DNA of 39,919 nucleotides from an uncultured Pirellulales bacterium. Its GTDB lineage: Bacteria > Planctomycetota > Phycisphaerae > Sedimentisphaerales > Anaerobacaceae. Below are positions 29,167 to 38,787 of the stretch, piece by piece. Position numbers and translations under genes: made by a program. The notes under the pieces are model-generated. The model worked only from the letters and a program-made list of their open reading frames with translations. It was not told the origin of the DNA and made no database searches. Location of the stretch: positions 1-39,919 of the forward strand of contig CAZIED010000001.1 in the NCBI GenBank assembly GCA_964538525.1, given 5' to 3'. Within the stretch, counting starts at the first letter, position 1. Each line of letters opens with the position of its first letter.

Positions 29167-29499
29167 ATGGCTTTACACGTAAAAAAAGGTGATATGGTTG
29201 AGATTATAACGGGTGACCACAAAGGTGCTACCGGCAGAATCCTCCGTGTTATGCCTACGGAGAATAAGGTGATAGTTCAGGGTCACAATACAGCCAAAAA
29301 GCATGTCAGGCCTTCCCGCAGAAATCCGCAGGGAGGTCGGATAAATGTAGAACAGCCCATTCATATCAGTAATGTTTTGCCCGTTAATCCGAAAACATCC
29401 AAGGGCAGCAGGGTGCATTATCAGGTAAATGCTGATGGCAGTAAAAAACGTGTGACGTCTGATGGTACCGAAGTTAGCGTTGTCAAAAAACCAAAGTAA
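29167..29499 (+). CDS. rplX: 50S ribosomal protein L24
   Basis: 110 aa; the KOW motif is VKKGDMVEIITGDHKGATGRILRV, followed by ...VIVQG.N..KKH.RPS..NPQGG.I..E.PIH.SNV. Confidence 0.94.
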   Translation: MALHVKKGDMVEIITGDHKGATGRILRVMPTENKVIVQGHNTAKKHVRPSRRNPQGGRINVEQPIHISNVLPVNPKTSKGSRVHYQVNADGSKKRVTSDGTEVSVVKKPK

Positions 29500-29528
29500 A
29501 AAGAGACGAAAAGTTCGAAATATAAGAT

Positions 29529-30071
29529 ATGGCGCGTTTGAAGGATTTATATAAGTCCAAGATAGTTCCGGAATTGACCAAGGAGTTCGGCCACAAAAGT
29601 CCTATGGCTGTGCCGCGGATGATAAAGATTGTTGTCTCTATGGGTGTCGGCAAGGCGGCACAGGATAAGAAATATATCGAATCAGCCAAGAAGGAGCTGA
29701 TGATGATTACCGGCCAATTGCCGCTTGTCTGTAAAGCCAAGAAAAGTGTTTCCAGCTTCAAGCTGCGTGAGGGCATGGAGATAGGTTTGAAAGTTACTCT
29801 TCGCGGCGTAAGGATGTATGAGTTTATGGATAGACTTATTAATCTTGCTATCCCGCGGGTAAGAGATTTTAGAGGGCTTAATCCGGATAGTTTTGACGGA
29901 AGAGGCAATTACTCTATGGGTTTAGCTGAGCAGACTGTTTTTCCGGAGATTAATCCGGCTCAAATTGAGTATCAGCAGGGCTTGAACATAACCTTTGTAA
30001 CAACTGCCAAAACAAATGATGAAACCAAACAAATGCTATCGCTTTTTGGTATGCCTTTTGGAAGGAAGTAA
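29529..30071 (+). CDS. rplE: 50S ribosomal protein L5
   Basis: 180 aa; MARLKDLYKSKIVPEL.KEFG.KS.MAVPR..KIV..MGVG.A...K......A..EL..ITGQ.P...KAKKS...FKLREGM.IG.KVTLRG..MYEF.DRL is the L5 pattern. Confidence 0.95.
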   Translation: MARLKDLYKSKIVPELTKEFGHKSPMAVPRMIKIVVSMGVGKAAQDKKYIESAKKELMMITGQLPLVCKAKKSVSSFKLREGMEIGLKVTLRGVRMYEFMDRLINLAIPRVRDFRGLNPDSFDGRGNYSMGLAEQTVFPEINPAQIEYQQGLNITFVTTAKTNDETKQMLSLFGMPFGRK

Positions 30072-30122
30072 CAAATTAAAAGTAATTATTTATCTATAAT
30101 TCGGACTAAAAGGGCTCTGTAA

Positions 30123-30308
30123 ATGTCAACAAAAGCGCTGGAAAACAAGGTAAAAAAGAAACAGAAATTTCGTGTCAGGCAATATACTCGATGTGAGCTT
30201 TGTGGAAGAGCCAGGGCAGTTTATAGAAAATTCAAGGTTTGTCGTATATGTTTCAGAACTTTGGCTAATGAAGGAAAAATACCGGGAGTAAAAAAGGCCA
30301 GCTGGTAA
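30123..30308 (+). CDS. rpsN: 30S ribosomal protein S14, zinc-binding type Z
   Basis: 61 aa; [41 protein letters not shown] has two CxxC pairs, typical of short S14. Confidence 0.94.
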   Translation: MSTKALENKVKKKQKFRVRQYTRCELCGRARAVYRKFKVCRICFRTLANEGKIPGVKKASW

Positions 30309-30415
30309 GAAGGAAATTAAAAAATTAAAACGTAGAGCGTAAAATTAAGGAATTCAACAGTTTTTCGTTTTTAACTTTAAGTTTTTAGTTTAATGAGGCA
30401 CAAGGGTGCAAAATT

Positions 30416-30814
30416 ATGAGTTTAGACGATCCTATAGCTGATATGTTGACCAGAATACGCAATGCCGTGAGGATTAATAAGCAGCAGGTTATTATCAAAG
30501 CATCGAAAACTTGCGAAGGTATAGCGGCTGTTTTGAAAAAAGAAGGTTACATTATGGATTTCGACCGAATTGATGACGGTAAGCAGGGGATGTTGCGGAT
30601 TCTGCTGAAGTACGACCAGGAGGGTCGGTCCGTTATTAATGAAATAACCAGAGTCAGTAAATGTGGTGGCAGGGTCTATTCTCCGGTTGACAAGCTGCCT
30701 CGTGTTTTAGGTGGTATGGGAATAGCTATTGTTTCTACGAGTAAAGGTGTAATAAGTGATAAAGACTGCCGCCAAGCTAAAGTTGGTGGCGAGATACTTT
30801 GTGTGGTCAGTTAA
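30416..30814 (+). CDS. rpsH: 30S ribosomal protein S8
   Basis: 132 aa; DPIADMLTRIRNA......V...AS K..E.IA.VLK.EGYI.DF...DDGKQG.LRI.LKY....R.VI..I.RVSK.G.RVY...D.LP.VL.G.GIAIVSTS.GV..D is the S8 pattern. Confidence 0.95.
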   Translation: MSLDDPIADMLTRIRNAVRINKQQVIIKASKTCEGIAAVLKKEGYIMDFDRIDDGKQGMLRILLKYDQEGRSVINEITRVSKCGGRVYSPVDKLPRVLGGMGIAIVSTSKGVISDKDCRQAKVGGEILCVVS

Positions 30815-31398
30815 TGAGTCGAGTAGGAAAAAAACCTATTGTTATTCCTGATGGGGTAAAAGTCGAACAGCAAGGCTTGGCTATTAAAGTATCGGGTCCG
30901 CTTGGAAATCTGCAGCTTGAGCATCACCCTAAGATAAAGGTCCAGATAGATAATAAAGCAGGACAGGTAGTTGTTATAAATGAAAATCCGGACAGCCGCA
31001 TGAATAAACAGTTACATGGCACAATGCGGGCGCTAATCGCTAATATGGTAGCCGGTGTCAGTAAAGGCTATGTCAAGAAAATGGAGGTGTATGGTACCGG
31101 CTATAATGTCAAGGAGCAGAATGGGAAGCTGGTTTTGCAGGTAGGCTATGCTAATCCTGTAGAAAAGGTTATTCCAAAAGGTATAAAAGTCAATATCGAG
31201 GTTGCTGCTGCAAAGGGTGAGGATACAGCAGCGAAGTTTACGCTAACGGGGATAGATAAGTGTGTTCTGGGACAGTTCGCATCGGACATGCGCAAGGCTA
31301 AGCCACCTGAACCCTATAAGGGTAAAGGTGTTCGTTATGCCGGTGAGCATATACGACGCAAGGTTGGCAAGGCATTTACATCAGGTAGTGGAGCGTAA
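30814..31398 (+). CDS. rplF: 50S ribosomal protein L6
   Basis: [27 protein letters not shown]...H is the L6 pattern. ATG 30814 overlaps the rpsH TAA (TAATG). The track start at 30799 is judged an extension into rpsH. Confidence 0.93.
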   Translation: MSRVGKKPIVIPDGVKVEQQGLAIKVSGPLGNLQLEHHPKIKVQIDNKAGQVVVINENPDSRMNKQLHGTMRALIANMVAGVSKGYVKKMEVYGTGYNVKEQNGKLVLQVGYANPVEKVIPKGIKVNIEVAAAKGEDTAAKFTLTGIDKCVLGQFASDMRKAKPPEPYKGKGVRYAGEHIRRKVGKAFTSGSGA

Positions 31399-31412
31399 TA
31401 GGATACGTTTTT

Positions 31413-31778
31413 ATGAAAGCCGACAAGATAAAACGAGCGGCATTGAGACGTAAATATCATGTGCGTGAGAAGGTCTTTGGCACGCCTGATAGGCCGCGTT
31501 TGACGGTGTTTCGTTCTAACAGGCATATTTACGCTCAAGTTATAGATGATATAGCAGGAGTGACCCTTGTTTCTGCCAGCACCAGAGCAAAAGGGCTGCG
31601 GGACCAGTTTTCCAATACAGGTGACAAGAAAGCAGCAGAGGTCGTAGGTGAAGCGGTTGCAAAACAGGCTCTTGGTGTCGGCATAAAATGTGTTTGTTTC
31701 GATAGAAACCGCTATAAGTATCTCGGCAGGGTCAAAGCTCTTGCAGAAGGAGCAAGGAAAACAGGTCTTGTTTTTTAA
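31413..31778 (+). CDS. rplR: 50S ribosomal protein L18
   Basis: 121 aa; ...[32 protein letters not shown]...............AA..VG...A..A...[22 protein letters not shown] is the L18 pattern. Confidence 0.94.
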   Translation: MKADKIKRAALRRKYHVREKVFGTPDRPRLTVFRSNRHIYAQVIDDIAGVTLVSASTRAKGLRDQFSNTGDKKAAEVVGEAVAKQALGVGIKCVCFDRNRYKYLGRVKALAEGARKTGLVF

Positions 31779-31805
31779 ACAATCACAGAAGTTTGGAGAA
31801 AACAG

Positions 31806-32315
31806 TTGGAGCTTGAAGCGGTTAAATTAGCTGATCAGCAGGAAGAAAAGCCTTTGCAGGATACGGTGGTAAAGGTATTTCGTTGTGCCAAGGTTGTCAA
31901 AGGAGGTCGCAGATTCAGCTTTGCAGCATTGGTTGTAGTTGGTGACCGTGAGGGTACCGTAGGTATCGGTTATGGCCGGGCGAATGAAGTCCCGCAGGCC
32001 GTCGAAAAGGGGATAAAGGATGCCAAAAAATCCTTGCATAAAATAGAGTTGACCGGACGGACGATTCCGCATCAGGTTATTGGCAAATATGGGGCTACAA
32101 AGATAATAATGCTTCCCGCCAGTGCCGGTACCGGAGTTATTGCGGGTTCCAGTGCTCGTGCGGTGCTGGAGTATGCGGGTGTGCAGAATGTGCTTACAAA
32201 GATTTATGGAAGCACCTCTGCTAAAAATGTTGTCAAAGCTACGCTCAATGGATTGTTGAGACTGCGCAGCAAAGCAATGATAGAGTCACTTAGAGGCGTT
32301 GTAATTGGCTCTTAG
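31806..32315 (+). CDS. rpsE: 30S ribosomal protein S5
   Basis: 169 aa with a TTG start after GGAGA (31795-31799); VVKVFRCAKVVKGGRRFSFAALVVVGD.EG.VG.GYG.ANEVP.A..K...DAKK is the S5 pattern. The exact start is uncertain. Confidence 0.9.
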   Translation: MELEAVKLADQQEEKPLQDTVVKVFRCAKVVKGGRRFSFAALVVVGDREGTVGIGYGRANEVPQAVEKGIKDAKKSLHKIELTGRTIPHQVIGKYGATKIIMLPASAGTGVIAGSSARAVLEYAGVQNVLTKIYGSTSAKNVVKATLNGLLRLRSKAMIESLRGVVIGS

Positions 32316-32338
32316 TGATTAACGATAAGGTGATTTAG

Positions 32339-32791
32339 ATGTTGAATTTCGAGATCTGTTCTATTGCAGGCAGGCATAAAGCTCGCAAACGTGTCGGCAG
32401 GGGGCGCGGCAGCGGACTTGGCAAAACCAGCGGTCGTGGCACCAAAGGAAGCAAAAGCAGAAGTGGTGCGGTTGTAATGTCGCTCAAGGATGGCGGACGG
32501 ATGCCTACATTTAGACGGCTCCCGAAGCGTGGTTTTAGTAACTATGACTTTGCAGCACGCTTTGAAATCGTCAATGTATCGCAGCTGGAAATATTCGAGG
32601 ATGGCGCCGATGTCGGCCTGCAGCAATTAATAAAAGCCGGTCTGATTTTGAGCAGCACAAACAGAGTCAAGATTCTCGGCGATGGCGAGCTTACGAAAAA
32701 GCTGCAGGTAGCTGCTCATAAATTCAGCAAGAACGCAGAGCATAAGATTGTAAATTGTGGCGGCACAGCGATAATGATTAATGATAAATGA
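32339..32791 (+). CDS. rplO: 50S ribosomal protein L15
   Basis: 150 aa; ...RKRVGRGRGSGLGKTSGRGTKG.KSRSG......F.GG.MP..RRLPKRGF.N is the L15 pattern. It starts only 23 nt after rpsE, so no rpmD lies between them. Confidence 0.94.
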   Translation: MLNFEICSIAGRHKARKRVGRGRGSGLGKTSGRGTKGSKSRSGAVVMSLKDGGRMPTFRRLPKRGFSNYDFAARFEIVNVSQLEIFEDGADVGLQQLIKAGLILSSTNRVKILGDGELTKKLQVAAHKFSKNAEHKIVNCGGTAIMINDK

Positions 32792-32800
32792 TTAATCATT
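32787..32800. repeat. Perfect 14-nt AT-rich palindrome AATGATTAATCATT spanning the rplO stop, within a longer imperfect palindrome (~32773-32810)
   Basis: Direct reading shows AATGATT/AATCATT is self-complementary. Flanking ATGATTAATGATAAATGATT ... AATCATTAATCATTCAT extends the symmetry to ~17-nt arms with 2 mismatches. Confidence 0.85.
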
Positions 32801-32834
32801 AATCATTCATGCAGGTGCTGGAGAATATGTAGAG

Positions 32835-34193
32835 ATGATTAAGGCTTTTTTTAATATTTTTAAGATTCAGGACTTGCGCAACAAGCTTCTTTTCACGTTG
32901 GCTTTGCTGTTGATATACAGGATTGGTTTTCATATCTACCTTCCAGGCTTCGACCAGGCAAAGATAGGGCAAATTGCCCAATCGAGGGGCGCAGATACTG
33001 CTTTTGGCAGAGCCGCTTTATACATGCAGATGTTTACCGGCGGACGGATGGACAAAACAACTTTGTTTGGTTTGGGAATCATGCCTTATATTACTGCATC
33101 GATTATTCTTATGCTGCTGGGTGAGGTTATTCCTTCTTTAAAGAAGTTGCGACAAGAGGGCCAAACGGGGTATAAAAAGATACAAGAATACACGCGTTAT
33201 TTGACCGTGCTGGTTTGCATGATTCAATCGGTGATGTATATGAGGTTGTTAGGAGGAGGTGAGGGATTAACCTACGCCGGCATGGAGCGTCAGGCTATGA
33301 TGATGGGTATTGTCGGCATGACGGCTGGAACGGTTTTTCTAATGTGGCTCGGCGAACAAATAGATGAATACGGCATAGGCAATGGAATTAGTTTAATAAT
33401 TATGGCCGGCATTGTTGACAGAATGCCGTGGTCGATATGGTGGCTTTGGCAAAATGTTAATTTTTCGGTTAATCCCCCGCCGGGTTCTGTAGGACCGGCA
33501 AAGATATTGTTCTTGGTGGCAGCTTTTGTATTCGTTACCGCCGGCTCGATATTGATTACACAAGGTCAGCGCCGAATCCCGATCCAGCAGGCAAAACAAA
33601 TGCGCGGCAGAAGGATGTTTGGAGGGCAGAGACATTATCTGCCGCTGCGTGTTAATCATGGCGGCGTGATGCCGATAATTTTTGCATCCAGTTTTATGAT
33701 GTTCCCGCCCATATTAATTGACTGGTTGGCCGGCAGGTTTATTGAATCCGAATTTCTTCAGTTGTTAAGAGCGGCTTTTGGTTTTAGTGGCTATACCTAC
33801 AATGTCTTATATATGCTATTGATATTTTTATTTGCCTATTTTTGGGTGACTGTCCAGTTCCAGCCCAAGGATATGGCAAAAAACCTGCGTGATTCAGGTT
33901 CTTTCATTCCGGGTCTGAGACCGGGACGCAGAACCGCGGACTACCTGGAAACGGTGATGGTAAGGATAACATATTTTGGGGCTGCTTTTTTAGCCATCAT
34001 TGCTATTGTGCCGACTTTGGTGGCTACCTTATTAGGAATTGATTGGGCTGTGGCAACGTTCCTGGGCGGCACGGGTTTATTGATAGTGGTGAGTGTATCG
34101 CTGGACTTAGTGCAGAAAGTCGAGGCTAATCTCTTAATGCGTAGTTATGAGGGTTTCATGGGAACCGGCAGGATAAAGGGAGCTTACGCATGA
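32835..34193 (+). CDS. secY: Preprotein translocase subunit SecY
   Basis: 452 aa, multi-pass hydrophobic; ...DLRNKLLFTLALLLIYRIG..I..PG......LFGLGIMPYITASII..LL......L..EG..G..KI...TRY.T... is the SecY pattern. Confidence 0.96.
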   Translation: MIKAFFNIFKIQDLRNKLLFTLALLLIYRIGFHIYLPGFDQAKIGQIAQSRGADTAFGRAALYMQMFTGGRMDKTTLFGLGIMPYITASIILMLLGEVIPSLKKLRQEGQTGYKKIQEYTRYLTVLVCMIQSVMYMRLLGGGEGLTYAGMERQAMMMGIVGMTAGTVFLMWLGEQIDEYGIGNGISLIIMAGIVDRMPWSIWWLWQNVNFSVNPPPGSVGPAKILFLVAAFVFVTAGSILITQGQRRIPIQQAKQMRGRRMFGGQRHYLPLRVNHGGVMPIIFASSFMMFPPILIDWLAGRFIESEFLQLLRAAFGFSGYTYNVLYMLLIFLFAYFWVTVQFQPKDMAKNLRDSGSFIPGLRPGRRTADYLETVMVRITYFGAAFLAIIAIVPTLVATLLGIDWAVATFLGGTGLLIVVSVSLDLVQKVEANLLMRSYEGFMGTGRIKGAYA

Positions 34194-34843
34194 GAATAAT
34201 TTTGCTTGGTGCTCCAGGTGCCGGTAAAGGGACTCAGTGTAAGCGTCTCGTGGATAGATTTGGTCTGCTTCATTTATCCAGCGGTGATATTTTACGAGAA
34301 CAAAGAGCAGCAGGGACAAAATTAGGTAAAAAGGCAAGCAGCTTTATGGATTCAGGTGCACTTGTGCCGGACGAAATAATTATTGAAATGATGATTGAAG
34401 CGATTAAAAATGCACCGTCAGCCGGTTTAATATTGGATGGCTTCCCCAGAACGGTCAACCAGGCTGTCGAGCTTGACAGGTCTTTGGCTCGAAATGAGCA
34501 GGATATAGACGCTATTATAAATCTTGAAATAGATGACAAAATAATTACAGAGCGAATGACCGGAAGAAGAAGCTGTCCAAAATGTGGAGCGGTTTACCAC
34601 ATTAAGAATCTAAGGCCGAATGTGAAGGGGCTGTGCGATAAAGACGGCACCAGGTTAGTACAACGACCTGATGATAGTCCGGGCGTGGTGAAAAATCGCC
34701 TCGAAACTTACTGCCGTCAGACGAAACCGGTTGTGGATTATTATAAAAAAAATAGAACGGTTTTGAATGTTGATGCCGGCAAGAGCGCAGATGAGATAAG
34801 CTCTTTTATATTCGAGAAATTGGATTCTCTCGTCGGAGCATGA
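34190..34843 (+). CDS. adk: Adenylate kinase (Cys3-Asp zinc-lid type)
   Basis: 217 aa; MRIILLGAPGAGKGTQ P-loop, and a lid of CPKCGAVYH...CDKDG. The ATG overlaps the secY stop (ATGA). Confidence 0.96.
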   Translation: MRIILLGAPGAGKGTQCKRLVDRFGLLHLSSGDILREQRAAGTKLGKKASSFMDSGALVPDEIIIEMMIEAIKNAPSAGLILDGFPRTVNQAVELDRSLARNEQDIDAIINLEIDDKIITERMTGRRSCPKCGAVYHIKNLRPNVKGLCDKDGTRLVQRPDDSPGVVKNRLETYCRQTKPVVDYYKKNRTVLNVDAGKSADEISSFIFEKLDSLVGA

Positions 34844-34885
34844 AAAGAGTACAGAATACCTGCGCAGTAAGAGATGCTGAATTAA

Positions 34886-35665
34886 ATGGCTATAACGCTA
34901 CGCAGCCGAAGAGAAATTAACCTGATTCGCAGAGCAGGTGCTGTTGTGGCGGATGTTCTTTCAAAATTAAAGGAGGCTGCTGAGCCGGGAGTAACAACAG
35001 GGGATTTAAATAGGATAGCAGTGCAAATGACGGACGATGCCGGTGCTGAAGCGTTGTTTAAGGGTGTGTGTAATCCGAAAGCGCCAATGCCGTTCCCTGG
35101 TGCTATTTGCACCTCGATAAATGAGCAGGTTGTGCATGGGATACCATCAGATGACGTAAAACTTAAGCAAGGCGATATACTTAGTGTTGATTTCGGTGTC
35201 AGGCTTAATGGCTATTGTGGAGATTCTGCTATAACGATTGGCATAGGGGATATTTCTGAGAGTAAGCTCAAGCTGATAGAAGTAACAAAGCACGTTCTGG
35301 ATATAGCAATAGCCATGGCCAGGCCCGCTGCAAAATGGAGCGAAATAGCGGCACAGATGCAGAATTATGCTGATAGGGCCGGTTTTTCGGTTGTTAAAGA
35401 TTTTGTCGGACACGGGATCGGCAGAAAAATGCACGAAGAGCCGAAAGTGCCCAATTTCGTTAGCGAAGAGCTGCTGGCCGACGATATTATCCTGACTGAG
35501 GGAATGGTTTTGGCGGTAGAGCCGATGATTAATGCCGGCAGCAGTGCGGTGCGAATATTAAGAAATGGCTGGACTGTCGTAACGAAAGATGGGAAATGCT
35601 CGGCACATTTTGAGCATACAATCGCAATAGTAGAAAATGGTTGTGAGGTGATGACGCAAAAATAA
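34886..35665 (+). CDS. map: Methionine aminopeptidase, type I
   Basis: 259 aa; metal ligands lie in ...VVHGIP....LK.GDI.SVD.G....GY.GDSA.T...G...........FVGHGIG...HE.P.V.N......L.EGMV.A.EPM.N.G........DGWT.VT.DG..SAHFEHT. Confidence 0.95.
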   Translation: MAITLRSRREINLIRRAGAVVADVLSKLKEAAEPGVTTGDLNRIAVQMTDDAGAEALFKGVCNPKAPMPFPGAICTSINEQVVHGIPSDDVKLKQGDILSVDFGVRLNGYCGDSAITIGIGDISESKLKLIEVTKHVLDIAIAMARPAAKWSEIAAQMQNYADRAGFSVVKDFVGHGIGRKMHEEPKVPNFVSEELLADDIILTEGMVLAVEPMINAGSSAVRILRNGWTVVTKDGKCSAHFEHTIAIVENGCEVMTQK

Positions 35666-35677
35666 TCAAAGAAGTAT

Positions 35678-35893
35678 ATGGTAAAGAAAGACACATTAAG
35701 ATTGCAGGCTAAGGTGGCTGAAGCTTTGCCAAACGCTATGTTTAGAGTTGAGCTGGAGAATGGCCATAAAATCCTGGCTCATGTGTCGGGCAAGATGCGG
35801 ATGAATTTTATTCGGATTTTACCGGGAGATATGGTGACAATTGAAATGTCACCGTACGATTTAAACAGGGGCAGAATAATTCTCCGGCATTAG
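35678..35893 (+). CDS. infA: Translation initiation factor IF-1
   Basis: 71 aa; ...[51 protein letters not shown] is canonical IF-1. Confidence 0.96.
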   Translation: MVKKDTLRLQAKVAEALPNAMFRVELENGHKILAHVSGKMRMNFIRILPGDMVTIEMSPYDLNRGRIILRH

Positions 35894-35967
35894 CCGAGGT
35901 CGGATGGATAAAAACCAATGCCTCTGATGAGCTAATGACTAAAGCTTATTGAAATTCAGGTACAGAA

Positions 35968-36081
35968 ATGAAGGTTAGAAGCTCTGTAAGACGTATATGT
36001 GAAAATTGCAAGATCATTCGTCGTAAAGGCGTCTTACGAGTGATTTGTAGCAATCCTCGACATAAACAGCGTCAAGGTTAA
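35968..36081 (+). CDS. rpmJ: 50S ribosomal protein L36
   Basis: Below the ORF-track cut-off. My translation is [37 protein letters not shown]. It has the canonical L36 zinc-ribbon pattern (C..C...........C....H) and the conserved infA-rpmJ-rpsM order. Confidence 0.92.
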   Translation: MKVRSSVRRICENCKIIRRKGVLRVICSNPRHKQRQG

Positions 36082-36138
36082 ATGACTTTATCGTTATGGG
36101 TAAATAGCGTGATAACTGCGAACTAAAAAGGTGATAGT

Positions 36139-36522
36139 ATGCCGCGTGTAGTTGGTGTTGATATTCCTAATGAAAAGGCTATATGGATTTCCTTGACTTA
36201 TGTTCCCGGAATCGGCAGATATACCTCGGAGCAGATCTTAAAAGAAGCCGGAATCGAGAAGAGCAATAAGGCCGGCAAGCTTACTGAGGACGAGCTTAGC
36301 CGAATAACTCAAATCATCGACCGCAATTACATAGTAGGGGGACAGCTTCGCAGACAGGTCGCTCAAAACATCGCACGGCTGCGCGATATAAATTGTTACC
36401 GAGGAATTCGCCACAGGAAGGGCCTGCCTGTTCGCGGGCAGCACACTCAGAGTAACGCACGCACACGCAAAGGCCCAAGAAAAACGGTAGCAGGCAAGAA
36501 AGGAGTGAAGGAGCAGCGTTAG
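36139..36522 (+). CDS. rpsM: 30S ribosomal protein S13
   Basis: 127 aa; [13 protein letters not shown]....LTY..GIG...S..IL...GI.........L.EDE...I.......Y.V.G.LRR.V..NI.RL.DI.CYRG.RHR.GLPVRGQ.T..NART.KG is the S13 pattern. Confidence 0.95.
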   Translation: MPRVVGVDIPNEKAIWISLTYVPGIGRYTSEQILKEAGIEKSNKAGKLTEDELSRITQIIDRNYIVGGQLRRQVAQNIARLRDINCYRGIRHRKGLPVRGQHTQSNARTRKGPRKTVAGKKGVKEQR

Positions 36523-36611
36523 TGATTGCGCTGATTGAAAATATTTACGCTAATGTGGAATAAGTTGATTAGTAAAGTATCGGCCGGGGCATACATAAAA
36601 TAGGAAAAATA

Positions 36612-36992
36612 ATGGCAAAAAGTACAAAAAGGAAAGCAAGAAAGAACGTAGTCCGTGCAATTGTGCATATAAAAGCGACGTTCAATAACACACTTATCAC
36701 GATTACTGATTTAGAAGGTGATACAATCTGCTCAAGCTCGGCGGGTTGCATCGGTTTTAAAGGCTCTCGTAAGAGTACGCCTTTTGCTGCTCAGCAGGCG
36801 GCACACAATTGTGCTAATACTGCTGTGCGTAATGGTGTGCGTGAGATTGAAATTAGGGTTAAAGGTCCTGGCGCCGGTCGAGAATCGGCTATCTCAACCT
36901 TGCAGCAGGCGGGATTACGTATCGCATCTATCGAGGATGTGACGCCTCTGCCGCATAACGGCTGTAGGCCGCCAAAGCGAAGACGTGTATAA
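36612..36992 (+). CDS. rpsK: 30S ribosomal protein S11
   Basis: 126 aa; ...VHI.ATFNNT.ITITD..G......[18 protein letters not shown]........G.....V.VKGPG.GRESAI..L...[20 protein letters not shown] is the S11 pattern. Confidence 0.95.
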   Translation: MAKSTKRKARKNVVRAIVHIKATFNNTLITITDLEGDTICSSSAGCIGFKGSRKSTPFAAQQAAHNCANTAVRNGVREIEIRVKGPGAGRESAISTLQQAGLRIASIEDVTPLPHNGCRPPKRRRV

Positions 36993-37034
36993 GACAAAGA
37001 ACTCCTTATATTTGTTTGGAGACTAATAGAAAAA

Positions 37035-37667
37035 ATGGGACGTTACATTGGTCCATCATGTAGGTTATGCCGTCGTGAAGGCATAAAGCTGTTTCTGAAA
37101 GGCATAAGATGTGAAACAGCTAAGTGTCAGGTCGAAAAAAGACAGCGTAATTTGGCACCTGGCATGCACCGTTGGCATAGGGCAAGATTGAGTGAATATG
37201 GAGTGCGATTACGTGAGAAACAAAAGGTAAAGAGGTACTATGGCGTCCTTGAACGCCAGTTTATGAGGTATTTCCAGAAGGCCGAGCGTTTGAAAGGTAA
37301 TACCGGCGAAAATTTACTGCAGTTGTTAGAGAGACGTCTGGACAATGTTATATTGAAATTAAATTTTGCACAATCTCGTAAAGCCGCCAGACAGTTGATT
37401 TCTCACGGTCATATTTATATTAATGACCGCAAGGTTGATATTAGCGATTATACAGTAAAAGTTGGTGAAAAAATTACTGTTAAAGTTTCAGAAAAGAGCG
37501 CCAAGAAAGTAAAACAACAGTTGGAGAGTAATCCCAATTTTACCACTCAAAGCTGGCTGCAATTGGACCGTGAAAAACCCGAGGCTACTATTGTTGCGCT
37601 ACCCAGCCGAGCGGATGTTCAGATTCCTGTTGAAGAACAACTGGTTGTCGAGTTCTGCTCAAGGTAG
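37035..37667 (+). CDS. rpsD: 30S ribosomal protein S4
   Basis: 210 aa; MGRYIGP.CRLCRREG.KLFLKG.RC...KC.......PG.H.......SEYG..LREKQK.KR.YGVLE.QF..YF..A......TGENLL.LLE.RLDNV is the S4 pattern, with a zinc-finger-like N-terminus. Confidence 0.95.
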   Translation: MGRYIGPSCRLCRREGIKLFLKGIRCETAKCQVEKRQRNLAPGMHRWHRARLSEYGVRLREKQKVKRYYGVLERQFMRYFQKAERLKGNTGENLLQLLERRLDNVILKLNFAQSRKAARQLISHGHIYINDRKVDISDYTVKVGEKITVKVSEKSAKKVKQQLESNPNFTTQSWLQLDREKPEATIVALPSRADVQIPVEEQLVVEFCSR

Positions 37668-37761
37668 CTACATATAAGAAGAGCCAAAAATCGAATAGAG
37701 CCTGGGGAAGGAATCGAAGGGATATTGCATTTTGATATTTGGATTTTAATCGGAGGCATAT

Positions 37762-38754
37762 ATGCGAGTTACATGGCGTGGTTTGGAATTGCCAACCCGT
37801 GTTGAACGAGACGTGAGGGTGTCAACGGATAAGTATGGCCGGTTTTTTATTGAGCCGTTTGAGCGAGGTTTCGGCACCACCATCGGTAACAGCCTAAGAC
37901 GCGTTTTGCTCTCCTCTTTGGAAGGAAGTGCCATAACGTCAATCAAAATAGCGGGCGTTAGCCATGAGTTCACATCGATAAGCGGCGTGATGGAGGATAC
38001 CACGAATATAGTTCTGAATGTTAAAAATCTTGTTGTTCGGCTGCAAGACCAGGGACCAAAGGTAATGAAAGTCTCGACTGACAAGTCTGGGACTATAAAA
38101 GCGGCAGACATCGTTGCTGACCCGGCGATAGAAATTATAAATAAAGATATGGTAATAGCCACTCTAACCTCGGATATACATTTCGATATGGAAATGGTGG
38201 TCGAGAATGGCCGAGGTTACGTGCCGGCTTCGGAAAGAATTGCAAATGCTGATAGATTCGACCAGGAAATCGGAAGGATACTTATTGATGCTATATATTC
38301 TCCGGTTACCAGAGTTCGCTATATCACCGAGAACACTCGCGTTGGCCAGCGAACAAATTATGACAAGCTGATTCTGGAGATTTGGACTAATGGAACGGTT
38401 ACTCCGGAGATGGCGCTTGTAGAGGCTGCCAAGATATTGCGAAAGCATATCAATCCGTTCGTGCAGTATTTCGAGGTCGGAGAGCAGATAGTAATTGGTC
38501 CAGTGATTGAAGAGGTGGAAGAAAAGGGAGTTGATGAGGAATTGGCTAAAAAGCTGAATACACCTATTCAGGAATTGGAGCTTTCGGTCAGAGCCAGCAA
38601 TTGTCTTGACTCGGTGAAGGTCGAAACGGTTGGCCAATTGGCCCAGATGACAGATGCCGATTTGCTAAAGATTCGCAGCTTCGGCAAGACTTCTCTACGA
38701 GAAGTTAAAAGAAAACTTGCCGACATAGGTTTGTCTTTGGGAATGAAAGTATAA
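37762..38754 (+). CDS. rpoA: DNA-directed RNA polymerase alpha subunit
   Basis: 330 aa. The N-terminal domain is ...YG.F.IEPFERGFGTT.GNSLRRVLLSS..G.A.TS.KI.GV.HEF. The C-terminal domain is ...I.ELELSVRASNCL......TVG.L......DLLKIR.FG..SL.E.K.KL...GL.L. Confidence 0.96.
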   Translation: MRVTWRGLELPTRVERDVRVSTDKYGRFFIEPFERGFGTTIGNSLRRVLLSSLEGSAITSIKIAGVSHEFTSISGVMEDTTNIVLNVKNLVVRLQDQGPKVMKVSTDKSGTIKAADIVADPAIEIINKDMVIATLTSDIHFDMEMVVENGRGYVPASERIANADRFDQEIGRILIDAIYSPVTRVRYITENTRVGQRTNYDKLILEIWTNGTVTPEMALVEAAKILRKHINPFVQYFEVGEQIVIGPVIEEVEEKGVDEELAKKLNTPIQELELSVRASNCLDSVKVETVGQLAQMTDADLLKIRSFGKTSLREVKRKLADIGLSLGMKV

Positions 38755-38787
38755 GTAATATCGAACAAGGAATGAAGAAGGATAAAT

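Noticed and set aside
37746-38637. Two minus-strand ORFs (138 and 157 aa) opposite rpoA
   Set aside because: They are antisense to rpoA and have no recognisable features.
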